Translations under genes and position numbers: made by a program | Notes under the pieces: model-generated | Seen by the model: only the letters and a program-made list of their open reading frames with translations | Databases searched by the model: none | What the model was told of the DNA's origin: nothing | Origin: a virus | Reading direction: 5' to 3' (one strand) | DNA: 18,330 bases | IMG/VR virus record: IMGVR_UViG_3300037445_000008 | Coordinates: 1 to 18,330 of that record | In this document: piece after piece, positions 1 to 6,453 of the stretch | How the letters are laid out: every line of letters starts with the position of its first letter | Position numbering within the stretch: the stretch's first letter is position 1

Positions 1-127
1 ATTTCGTCCTCGGTCATTTGGCACCATTGCCCTCACCACAATAGCAAACGGCACCAAATGACACAACAGGTATGCGGTAAACTGTCCCTTGCATGTGGCT
101 AGCATCACCGTCCTTTCCCAAACGCCA
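1..127. repeat. Left copy of an exact 127-bp terminal duplication (identical to 18204..18330)
   Basis: 1-127 (atttcgtcctcggtcatttggcacc...tttcccaaacgcca) matches 18204-18330 base for base. The boundary falls inside the HNH ORF (codon 6), so it looks like an arbitrary breakpoint of a circular or permuted molecule. Confidence 0.95.
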
Positions 128-172
128 AGTAACACGCGAAATAGATCAACAGCAGGAAGAGCAGCGTATCCA

Positions 173-454
173 TCATGCGACACCCAATTCCGAGATATCG
201 TTGGTCTGGCGAATACAGAACTGCACATAGCTCAGCATGTAATCACGCGCCTGCTGGCCGCTCTCCGCTTCCGTGAGCAACAGCATCCTGTGATCACGGA
301 TGTAGCACTGGACGAAATGATTATGGTTGGTGATGCGCCGCCAGCCGCCAAGCCCGTATTGCTCTAGCTGCGGTGCGAACAGGTCGGTGGCCGGCTTGCC
401 GTCCTCATCCAGGGCGCGGATTTCGTCGTCTTCAAAGTTCCATCGATACTTCAT
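173..454 (-). CDS. Hypothetical protein, 93 aa, last gene of the array
   Basis: The ATG at 454 forms an ATGA overlap with the stop of the upstream ORF. Third codon positions are GC-rich like the backbone and composition is balanced. No TM segment and no motif I recognise. Confidence 0.6.
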   Translation of the reverse strand: MKYRWNFEDDEIRALDEDGKPATDLFAPQLEQYGLGGWRRITNHNHFVQCYIRDHRMLLLTEAESGQQARDYMLSYVQFCIRQTNDISELGVA

Positions 455-651
455 CGGATCGCGATCCCCGTACCAATGCCAGCCAACTGCAACAGCACCA
501 GGATCACCACCAGGCAGGCGATCACCATGGCGACGACGCGGATGATCTGGCCAAGCGGTTCCGGTATCGGCAATGCCGTGGTGATGTAGTAGATCAGCGC
601 CACGACAACACCGATCACGATCAGATAGATCAATAAGGATATCAGGCTCAT
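451..651 (-). CDS. Putative holin (two predicted TM helices), 66 aa
   Basis: Two long hydrophobic stretches (LISLLIYLIVIGVVVALIYYI and IIRVVAMVIACLVVILVLLQLAGI) are separated by a PIPEP turn. It lies in the lysis cassette downstream of the endolysin, with ATGA coupling at both ends. Confidence 0.55.
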   Translation of the reverse strand: MSLISLLIYLIVIGVVVALIYYITTALPIPEPLGQIIRVVAMVIACLVVILVLLQLAGIGTGIAIR

Positions 652-851
652 TGCGGATGCTCCCCTGGATAACAGCGCTCCATCAGGATATCGACCGTCT
701 TCGATCTGCGGTCTGCGTCCCGTTGCAGCCCGACAAACGTCAGCACCGAGAACAGGCCGGCGAGAACAATCGCAGCCAAACAGGCCGGATTGTTCTTGAA
801 TGCGTCTATGGCCGACGTTGCGACCTTACCTGCTTCCTCCGGCAGCGACAT
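648..851 (-). CDS. Lysis-cassette membrane protein with a single TM helix (holin/antiholin-like), 67 aa
   Basis: A central hydrophobic helix (ACLAAIVLAGLFSVLTFVGL) is followed by a charged tail (QRDADRRSK). The ATG at 851 lies 26 nt before the endolysin stop (TAA at 826-828). Confidence 0.5.
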   Translation of the reverse strand: MSLPEEAGKVATSAIDAFKNNPACLAAIVLAGLFSVLTFVGLQRDADRRSKTVDILMERCYPGEHPQ

Positions 852-1566
852 ATTCGGTTACCTCGCCGTTGATCGTCAGCGTTACCCTGGTGCCATTGGC
901 CACGCTCATGCCGATATCGATGGAAGACGCGACCGGCTCAGGCACAGGGATGGCCGGCCCCATCCAGTCGGCGCAATGCTCGCGCGATCCGTTGAACTCA
1001 TTGCCATCCACAGCACCGACAACAGCGCCAGTGATCGTCACCGCGTCCGAGTATTGCCACAGCGAATAGAAAGGCCACGTCGTCTTCGGCCATTCCGGCG
1101 AACTGACGCCATAGTGGGCAATCCACAGCGATGTTTTCTCTGCCAATGTTGGACTATAGCCATCGCCAAGCTGTTCGCGGATCAAGTGGCCGGAATAGAC
1201 CGTGATCTCAACGGTGATGCGCGACGGCAGAGACGGCAGATGGTCCAGATAGTTCACCGCCTCTTCCAACTCTTCCAGGCTGGCATCCGTCTCGTGGTCG
1301 ATCACCATGCGCTCGCCGTCTTCCGGCTGCACCACGCCATAGAACCAGTCCATCTGCGCTTCGATGTCGCCCGAATGCAGGAAATGATAGCTCGCCACCC
1401 GCAAGCCTGCCTCACGCGCCTCATAGGCACGTTGCGCATACATGCTGTCCTCATAGCCGACACCTTCCGTCGCCTTGAGAATGACGCCGATCACGCCTTG
1501 CGCCTTCATCTCATCGAAGGATCGGACGTCGTTGTGGTGGCTGAGGTCTACGATATCCAGCCTCAT
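826..1566 (-). CDS. Endolysin, glycoside hydrolase family 25 (muramidase), 246 aa
   Basis: GH25 hallmarks are in order: DLSHHNDV, ILKATEGVGYEDS, ASYHF, MVIDHETD (D-x-E). There is no signal or SAR segment. A ~55-aa C-terminal extension has unknown function. The start is ATGA-coupled. Confidence 0.85.
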   Translation of the reverse strand: MRLDIVDLSHHNDVRSFDEMKAQGVIGVILKATEGVGYEDSMYAQRAYEAREAGLRVASYHFLHSGDIEAQMDWFYGVVQPEDGERMVIDHETDASLEELEEAVNYLDHLPSLPSRITVEITVYSGHLIREQLGDGYSPTLAEKTSLWIAHYGVSSPEWPKTTWPFYSLWQYSDAVTITGAVVGAVDGNEFNGSREHCADWMGPAIPVPEPVASSIDIGMSVANGTRVTLTINGEVTEYVAAGGSR

Positions 1567-1772
1567 TTGCTCACACCCTCGACCATGCTTTCGGTGATGG
1601 TGACGCCGATCTGTTTGAACGCGCTCGCCAGCTTCAACAGCCGCGCCATCTGCTCAACGTCGCAATCGTCCAGCGTGCCGGCCAGCATTTCCAGGTCATC
1701 CATGATTTCGGACAGATGTGTTTCTATATCCCACATCTGCTCGTCCCATTTACGCCGCTCTATCGCGTTCAT
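1563..1772 (-). CDS. Hypothetical acidic protein, 69 aa
   Basis: ATGA overlaps at both ends (1563-1566 and 1769-1772). Helical, Asp/Glu-rich sequence with no recognisable motif. Confidence 0.55.
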   Translation of the reverse strand: MNAIERRKWDEQMWDIETHLSEIMDDLEMLAGTLDDCDVEQMARLLKLASAFKQIGVTITESMVEGVSK

Positions 1773-2152
1773 TCGATATCCCCCGTCGCCGTCAGCCTGT
1801 GGCGCTCACCGGTCGCGTCGTCCCAGGCAAATTGCAGTTCGAACTGATTGGCATTGGCCGCAGCACGCTTGGCCTTGACGCTCACAGGACCATACAGGCG
1901 ATCCGATATCATCAAGGCTAGCCGCGCCTGGTCCGCTATCGGCATATCCACCTTGCTGCCTGGTCTGCCTGCCTTGTAGAGCAGCGCCGCGGCCACCACG
2001 AGCGGCTCATTCTTGAGGATCGATGTCACCATGTAGTGCAACTGGCCATCGGACAGGCGCTCATCCACGATTTCCCAATCCTCACGCGTCGAGGCAATCC
2101 GCTCTATGCGGGAAATGAAGCGGCGGCTTGCGGAGTCCAGAAAACGTGACAA
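1769..2152 (-). CDS. Hypothetical protein, 127 aa (TTG start)
   Basis: The start of this frame is TTG at 2152 with AAGGA 7 nt upstream. The nearby ATG at 2156 is out of frame and closes after ~24 codons. No motif recognised. Confidence 0.55.
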   Translation of the reverse strand: MSRFLDSASRRFISRIERIASTREDWEIVDERLSDGQLHYMVTSILKNEPLVVAAALLYKAGRPGSKVDMPIADQARLALMISDRLYGPVSVKAKRAAANANQFELQFAWDDATGERHRLTATGDIE

Positions 2153-2182
2153 GCATTTATCCTTTGTGTTCAGTGCCTTACA

Positions 2183-2893
2183 CTAAATCAGCATCTTGAA
2201 GATGTTGCCGATAGAGCCAAGCACCATGTGCTTCAACGGGTTTTGGCCGGCCATCATGTCCTTCATGAACTGGTCGCCCGTCCAGCCTTGCTGCATCGTT
2301 GACATGGCGTCCTGCATTGGCTTGAATTTCTGGCCGAGGATGTCCATTGGCGCAAAGCCATCCCCTGGCTGTGTCTGTGCCAGCGGTGGCAGCATGGAAT
2401 TAGGTGGCGACAGCAGGGACGGAGCACCGCTGCTGCCGCCGGGGGCCGGTTGCATCAGCGCCTGTTGACCGGACTGAGGCACCGGATTGGTGACATTGTT
2501 GCCAGCGTATTCGAAATGCATCGGGTCGGGTCGGCCCTTCCAGTTGCCGCCCCACTCCAGACCATGGCGCTGTGCCAGCTCTGCAACGTTGCTGGGAAGG
2601 TCCGTCGAGCCGCCGAGCGGGTTGGTGGCAGCATTGATGTCAATCGCCGTGCCAAAGGCGTGTTGCGACAGCTTGTCGGAACCACGAATGTTGCGGTAAT
2701 TGAAGCCGCCAGAGGATTGTACGGGATAGCCAGTCGCTGCCAGGTCTTTGAGGAAGCCGACGAACGCGCCAGCCGCCGGCCCATAGACGCTAAAACGCTG
2801 GCCGGGGACTGGCTCAATCTCCGTCAGGTTTTTTTTCCGCCATTCCGGGTCGGATGGATCGCCCAAACGCCCGATTGTTCCCCAATTGGCCAT
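2183..2893 (-). CDS. Peptidase M15 (VanY/Hedgehog-type Zn D,D- or L,D-peptidase) with a low-complexity C-terminal extension, 236 aa
   Basis: SQHAFGTAIDIN (His-x6-Asp) and GRPDPMHFEY (second His) form the M15 zinc signature. The C-terminal ~100 aa are Pro/Gln/Met-rich and end in a hydrophobic/amphipathic tail (HMVLGSIGNIFKMLI). Confidence 0.8.
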   Translation of the reverse strand: MANWGTIGRLGDPSDPEWRKKNLTEIEPVPGQRFSVYGPAAGAFVGFLKDLAATGYPVQSSGGFNYRNIRGSDKLSQHAFGTAIDINAATNPLGGSTDLPSNVAELAQRHGLEWGGNWKGRPDPMHFEYAGNNVTNPVPQSGQQALMQPAPGGSSGAPSLLSPPNSMLPPLAQTQPGDGFAPMDILGQKFKPMQDAMSTMQQGWTGDQFMKDMMAGQNPLKHMVLGSIGNIFKMLI

Positions 2894-2920
2894 AGATTAG
2901 TCGCCCTGTCGTCAGGTTAA

Positions 2921-2940
2921 CCCATTCTATAGCCTCTTGA
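2921..2940. repeat. Downstream copy of an imperfect direct repeat (cccattcta-N3-cctcttga) flanking the winged-helix gene
   Basis: On the minus strand it reads TCAAGAGG-cta-TAGAATGGG and heads a 2-codon remnant, ATG GGT TAA. The partner at 3425-3446 reads TCAAGAGG-ggaat-TAGAATGGG and is the real RBS plus start of the 155-aa ORF. Confidence 0.75.
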
Positions 2941-2961
2941 TTCCGCTGAATAGTCTGGCGG

Positions 2962-3429
2962 CTAGCCCTGTATCGCCAAAATCATCGCGATATGCTCCTC
3001 AGAGCGGCCTTGTCCACGTAAATCCTCGACTGTCCACCGTCTTTTTTTATAAAGATCCGTCTTAGATACGCAAACCGTTGCATGTACAGAATGGCTTTGG
3101 AGAGGTTTACGCGGCTTACGTGTAGTCACCTCATTATACCACGCCATTAGGTTGCGCCAGTTTCCTTGCAGCAAGAAATAGCTGCTGGCGCAGCGGTAAG
3201 CTTTCTTCCCAATTGTGCGATAATTATACTTCCACGCGATTAATCCAGCCTGTCGGAGTCTTTCAAGGCTTGATTGCAGCGTTCTGAGAGAACAGCCACA
3301 CCACTCCGCCAATGTAAGCTGGCTAATGGTAAGTTTACCCATGCGTAATAGTTTTATGCCGCGTTCCCTAAGGATAGCCATTACTTGGTAGTCGCGGGTT
3401 AATAACTTTACGGATTTGTAATGTCCCAT
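2962..3429 (-). CDS. Winged-helix/HTH DNA-binding protein (HTH_36-like, Rep/repressor-type), 155 aa, in a low-GC cassette
   Basis: ISQLTLAEWCGCSLRTLQSSLERLRQAGLI fits the S..tLAe..g.S.rTv.r.l..Le..Gli winged-helix pattern of phage/plasmid Rep- and repressor-like proteins. A second HTH-like stretch lies at the C-terminus (VEDLRGQGRSEEHIAMILAI). Strong SD (AGAGGGGA) sits 6-7 nt before the ATG. Hand counts on four 60-nt lines give 43-50% GC, against 65% for one neighbouring structural-gene line (4441-4500). A 155-codon ORF is unlikely by chance at that GC. Confidence 0.7.
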   Translation of the reverse strand: MGHYKSVKLLTRDYQVMAILRERGIKLLRMGKLTISQLTLAEWCGCSLRTLQSSLERLRQAGLIAWKYNYRTIGKKAYRCASSYFLLQGNWRNLMAWYNEVTTRKPRKPLQSHSVHATVCVSKTDLYKKRRWTVEDLRGQGRSEEHIAMILAIQG

Positions 3430-3446
3430 TCTAATTCCCCTCTTGA
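3425..3446. repeat. Upstream copy of the imperfect direct repeat (cccattcta-N5-cctcttga)
   Basis: Shares a 9-mer plus an 8-mer in the same order and orientation with 2921-2940. It contains the start codon and SD of the winged-helix gene. Confidence 0.75.
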
Positions 3447-3454
3447 CAGGGGAA
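3435..3454. promoter_or_regulatory. Perfect 7-bp inverted repeat (ttcccct-N6-aggggaa): SD-sequestering hairpin and/or operator
   Basis: In minus-strand RNA it reads uuccccu-gucaag-aggggaa, and the 3' arm is the SD of the winged-helix gene. On the plus strand the loop and arm spell TTGACA (3443-3448). Confidence 0.45.
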
Positions 3455-3472
3455 ACGCAAATCGATCATACA
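3443..3472 (+). promoter_or_regulatory. Candidate plus-strand sigma70-type promoter (TTGACA-N17/18-TCATAC/CATACA)
   Basis: Perfect -35 hexamer at 3443-3448 but only a weak -10 (3466-3472). A minus-strand TATGAT (3465-3470) overlaps it and could be the -10 of a divergent promoter for the winged-helix gene, though no good -35 accompanies it. Confidence 0.3.
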
Positions 3473-3477
3473 GTTAC

Positions 3478-3591
3478 TATGACCTTCGATGCGTACCCTC
3501 GTGTCTTTTGCTCTGGTCATCGCGCTTAGGGACTAGCCGGTCCGCTAAGCACTCATTAGGCCCGCCGTGGTGACATGGCGGGCCTTTTGTT
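3478..3591 (+). ncRNA. Candidate ~110-nt structured small RNA (orientation inferred from the terminator)
   Basis: The interval runs from the predicted TSS to a plus-strand terminator. It contains a 6-bp closing stem (3479-3484/3515-3520), a 10-bp bulged hairpin (3524-3533/3540-3550) and the terminator hairpin. There is no plus-strand ORF here except a 16-codon micro-ORF. Confidence 0.35.
3558..3591 (+). terminator. Rho-independent terminator, plus-strand orientation
   Basis: ggcccgccgtg-GTGA-catggcgggcc forms an 11-bp stem (one G.U) with a GNRA-type tetraloop, followed by TTTTGTT on the plus strand. On the minus strand the hairpin is followed by uaaugagugc, with no U-tract. It abuts the TAA stop (3590-3592) of the 574-aa gene. 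Confidence 0.6.
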
Positions 3592-5314
3592 ATCGTCCCA
3601 TTAATTGGTTAAGAATTCCCATCGTGCTGCCGCCAACCAGGCCAGCACCAGCCGTATTCAGTCCCAGGTTGGCAAGAGCGCCGGCTGTGCGCACACCTGT
3701 CATCGGTATTCCGTTTTCGTCGCGGTTCATCACGTCCAGCAGGTCGAAGGCACGCCGCGCCGGCCCGTTGTTGCGCGGCCCCAGGTGGCCAAATCCGCCG
3801 GATCGCGGATCGCGTTTCATCGCATTGATCAGCGTTCTGGGGTTCACGTCGCCGGCATTGCTAGTGGCACCCACTTTCTTGACCATGCCATAGACTTGCC
3901 ATTGCTCGCGCGCCTGCGCCCAACGCTGCGCAAATGTGCGGTCTCCCTGTTCCGCCGCTTTCTTCGAAATGAAATCGTCCAGCTTTTCCAGCGCCTGACG
4001 CATCAAATCGCCCTGCGAAACGGTTCCCGGCTTGTCGTAAAACCCAGCCATCAGGTCGGCCATCGTCGAGCGCGCCCGCATGATGGTTTCACCGCCGATT
4101 TCGCCGCCATGCGCCTCCAAATTGCGAATAGCGCCGTCTATCTCTTTCTGTGCCTGGCCCTTGTCGAAGACGTTGAATTTCTGCTGCAATGTCTTGAACA
4201 GGTCGGCATATTCCTGTGCCTGGCCGCGCGGCATCTGCTGTCCGGCATTTTCGAAGACCGTTTTCAGGTTTTCGCCGGCCTGGCCAATCGTGTGACTGTC
4301 CAACACCTTTGCATCTGGCACGGTCATCGCCTCGCCAACGGTCTTTGCCGCAAGCTCCTGGTTCGCCGCCTTGTCGGCGGCCACGTTCATCTGTCCCCAT
4401 GGCGTGGTGTCGTTGACGCCTGACAGCCAGCGCGGGATAGAGCCGCTGCGCGTGTCTGCGTGGCTGGGTGAGCGATAGCCTATATCCTCGACCCTCTGCC
4501 GCTGCGCCAGTCCGGCGTTGCTTGCTGCCTCACCGCTCGCGCCCGCCGCCTCCATTTCCGCATACGGATCTGGCGGCGCGTTCGGATTGCGCGCAGCACC
4601 CGCGCTGCCCGCGCCTTGATCAGCCGCCGCACCACCGCCACCAGGCACGGCATTGCCCTGGCTATCGACCGTGAAATCTGCGCCGCCAGCACCGCCTTCG
4701 GCCTGTGACGCCTCGAAGGCGGCGCGGTCAGCGGCATTCTGTATTCGCTGACCGCCCACCTCAACGCCGCGCGCTACGCTCGCCGCGTTCCTGGTCGCTA
4801 TCGTCTCTCCTACCTTCAAAGCCGCCGTCACCCCTTTTACCGCCGCTTCATTCAATCCGACGCCCGTCGCACCGAGCGCGCCGCCAATCAGCGCATTCTG
4901 CACGCGCTCTTCAATCGTCCCTGGCCTGACAAAGCCAGACAGCGCGCCACCCGCAGCACCGCCCGCCAGCATGGCCGGCACTGACATGCCCCCGGTAAAA
5001 GGCGTCAGCGCCAAGCCAGCGGCCACGTCGGGAAGCCCCTCGCCAATCGCCTCTGTCCAGGGTGCAGCGCGACTCGCCGCTTCCTTCTGTAGATTGAGAA
5101 CCTTGATCCGAGCTTGTATCTGTGGATCGTTCGGCTGCGCCAGTTGCTCAATGCCAAGGCCGATATCCTGCGCCCCACGGCCAAAGGCGCGCGCCAGATT
5201 GCCAGGGACAGAGCCTTGCGCCATCGCCGGATCGACGCCCACCCACTTGCCGGCCTCCGTGTCCCAGCCCCAGGCACCACCACCCTCATGCGGAACGATC
5301 TGGGTAATTGGCAT
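3590..5314 (-). CDS. Internal virion / DNA-ejection-type protein, Gly/Ala-rich, 574 aa
   Basis: The preferred start is ATG at 5314, preceded by GGAGG 5 nt upstream and just after the TAG stop (5317-5319) of the upstream gene. The N-terminal half has glycine-zipper-like hydrophobic stretches (GGMSVPAMLAGGAAGGALSG, LIGGALGATGVGL) and the C-terminus is Gly-rich. It is the last and largest of three low-complexity genes after the tail genes. Function is inferred from position and composition only. Confidence 0.5.
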   Translation of the reverse strand: MPITQIVPHEGGGAWGWDTEAGKWVGVDPAMAQGSVPGNLARAFGRGAQDIGLGIEQLAQPNDPQIQARIKVLNLQKEAASRAAPWTEAIGEGLPDVAAGLALTPFTGGMSVPAMLAGGAAGGALSGFVRPGTIEERVQNALIGGALGATGVGLNEAAVKGVTAALKVGETIATRNAASVARGVEVGGQRIQNAADRAAFEASQAEGGAGGADFTVDSQGNAVPGGGGAAADQGAGSAGAARNPNAPPDPYAEMEAAGASGEAASNAGLAQRQRVEDIGYRSPSHADTRSGSIPRWLSGVNDTTPWGQMNVAADKAANQELAAKTVGEAMTVPDAKVLDSHTIGQAGENLKTVFENAGQQMPRGQAQEYADLFKTLQQKFNVFDKGQAQKEIDGAIRNLEAHGGEIGGETIMRARSTMADLMAGFYDKPGTVSQGDLMRQALEKLDDFISKKAAEQGDRTFAQRWAQAREQWQVYGMVKKVGATSNAGDVNPRTLINAMKRDPRSGGFGHLGPRNNGPARRAFDLLDVMNRDENGIPMTGVRTAGALANLGLNTAGAGLVGGSTMGILNQLMGR

Positions 5315-5316
5315 GG

Positions 5317-6444
5317 CTACCTCCATGCTCGCGTGCGGGCTGGACGGCCACCAGGCGTGTCAAGCAGGCCGGTTCCGGGCTTCTGTGGCGTCGGCTGGCC
5401 ACGCTCCCAGCGCTCGCGCCGTGGTGCCGGCTGATTGTCGTTCTCGCCATAGCCTGGAGGAGCATCTTTCGGCGGCGGTGATGTCGGGCGCAGGTTGCTG
5501 CCCTCAATGCTCGACGGCACCTGATCCAGCGGAATGCCCCACTTGCCCGACGCCGCCTGCGCCCTTGACGCATAAAGCTTCGCCTGAATTTGTAGCTGCG
5601 TCGCCTTGGTCTTCAACAGATCCGGCGTCCAATGCGTTTCGTTCGGAATGACGCTATCAATAAATTCCTGCAAGCCGGCGTCAAAGGTGCCCTTGCCCTT
5701 CATCACGTCCTCGACCACCGAGCCGCGCACCGCGTTCCAAACGCCCTGATCGAATGGCACCTTGCCGCTCGCCATATCCGCCAGCGTTGTCACCGCGTCG
5801 GCGCTGTTCTTTAATGGCGAAATCTCGTCAAATCCCTTGATCCACGTCGGACTGCCACGGATGATCTGCGTTTGCAGCATCCCGGTCTTCTGATCAACGC
5901 CGGTAAACATCGAGTCCTGCGGCGGCTTGATCCCCATCTTATCCATCGCCGCCGTGGTGCCCAACGCTCCCGGCAGCGACAGCAGATATTGATAGCCTTT
6001 CTGCGTATCCTCCATGTCGCGATTGCGCTTAATCTGATCCATCCGCAACTGATCGTCATAGGTAATTTTCATGCGCTCGCGCGTTAACTGATCGTCAAAG
6101 ATCGTCGCCTGCTTTTGTATGCCAGCGGCTTTATCCTGGCTTTGCGACTGATACATCGCCCCGATCTGCTGCGAGAGCAGATTGTTGCCCATCTGCGAAA
6201 AATCCGGCTGCATCTTCGCCCACAGCGCCATTTGCGCCTTGCTCTGCGCATCGGGATTGGTTGCCAGGTATTCCGGCGACGTCAGCAGGCCGGTCGCCGC
6301 CTGACCAACACGCTGGCGTTCCGCCGCCTGCATGTTGATGGCATCGCGCTGTCCCAGCCAGTTGCTGGCATAGCTGCGGCCACCCAACAACATACCGAGG
6401 ATGTTGAAATTCGACTGGCCTTGTGCCGGATCAAGAATGCCCAT
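5317..6444 (-). CDS. Internal virion-type protein, 375 aa
   Basis: ATG at 6444. Gln/Met-rich helical N-terminal half and a Pro/Arg/Gly-rich C-terminal tail. It sits between two other low-complexity genes. No enzymatic motif recognised. Confidence 0.45.
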   Translation of the reverse strand: MGILDPAQGQSNFNILGMLLGGRSYASNWLGQRDAINMQAAERQRVGQAATGLLTSPEYLATNPDAQSKAQMALWAKMQPDFSQMGNNLLSQQIGAMYQSQSQDKAAGIQKQATIFDDQLTRERMKITYDDQLRMDQIKRNRDMEDTQKGYQYLLSLPGALGTTAAMDKMGIKPPQDSMFTGVDQKTGMLQTQIIRGSPTWIKGFDEISPLKNSADAVTTLADMASGKVPFDQGVWNAVRGSVVEDVMKGKGTFDAGLQEFIDSVIPNETHWTPDLLKTKATQLQIQAKLYASRAQAASGKWGIPLDQVPSSIEGSNLRPTSPPPKDAPPGYGENDNQPAPRRERWERGQPTPQKPGTGLLDTPGGRPARTRAWR

Positions 6445-6453
6445 GCCATCACC

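Noticed and set aside
1-127. Reading the 127-bp duplication as a biological direct terminal repeat, or as a truncated second HNH copy
   Set aside because: The boundary falls arbitrarily inside the HNH ORF and the length equals a standard assembler k-mer. This is most simply a circularisation overlap. A real DTR cannot be excluded without read data.
89-367. 92-aa plus-strand ORF starting in the junction intergenic region
   Set aside because: It is antisense to 173..454. That minus-strand ORF is ATGA-coupled to the upstream gene, has backbone-like GC3 and a more protein-like composition. No SD precedes the plus-strand ATG.
790-1878. 362-aa plus-strand ORF, with similar long plus-strand ORFs at 3605..4423, 4971..5651, 6115..7182, 9043..9666, 9930..10589 and 14480..14986
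   Set aside because: All lie antisense to well-supported minus-strand genes (endolysin, ejection proteins, tail fibre, portal). Their translations are Arg/His/Pro/Ala-rich low-information strings without RBS context. These are shadow ORFs, as expected at ~60% GC.
2894-2961. A terminator downstream of the winged-helix gene, which would make it a classical promoter-gene-terminator moron
   Set aside because: Only 4-bp stems (ccgc/gcgg, cctg/cagg) occur, with no U-tract on the minus strand. Transcription probably reads through into the M15 gene.
3521-3592. A tRNA, tmRNA-like element or solitary CRISPR repeat in the hairpin region
   Set aside because: There is no cloverleaf geometry, no T-loop (GTTCGAATC-like) consensus, no acceptor-stem pairing, and no resemblance to CRISPR repeat families I know. 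I found no repeat-spacer periodicity anywhere in the window.
5315-5326. ATG at 5326 as the start of the 578-aa form of the ejection protein
   Set aside because: Its codons 2-3 spell GGAGGT, which is better read as the SD for the ATG at 5314. That start also avoids overlap with the upstream TAG.
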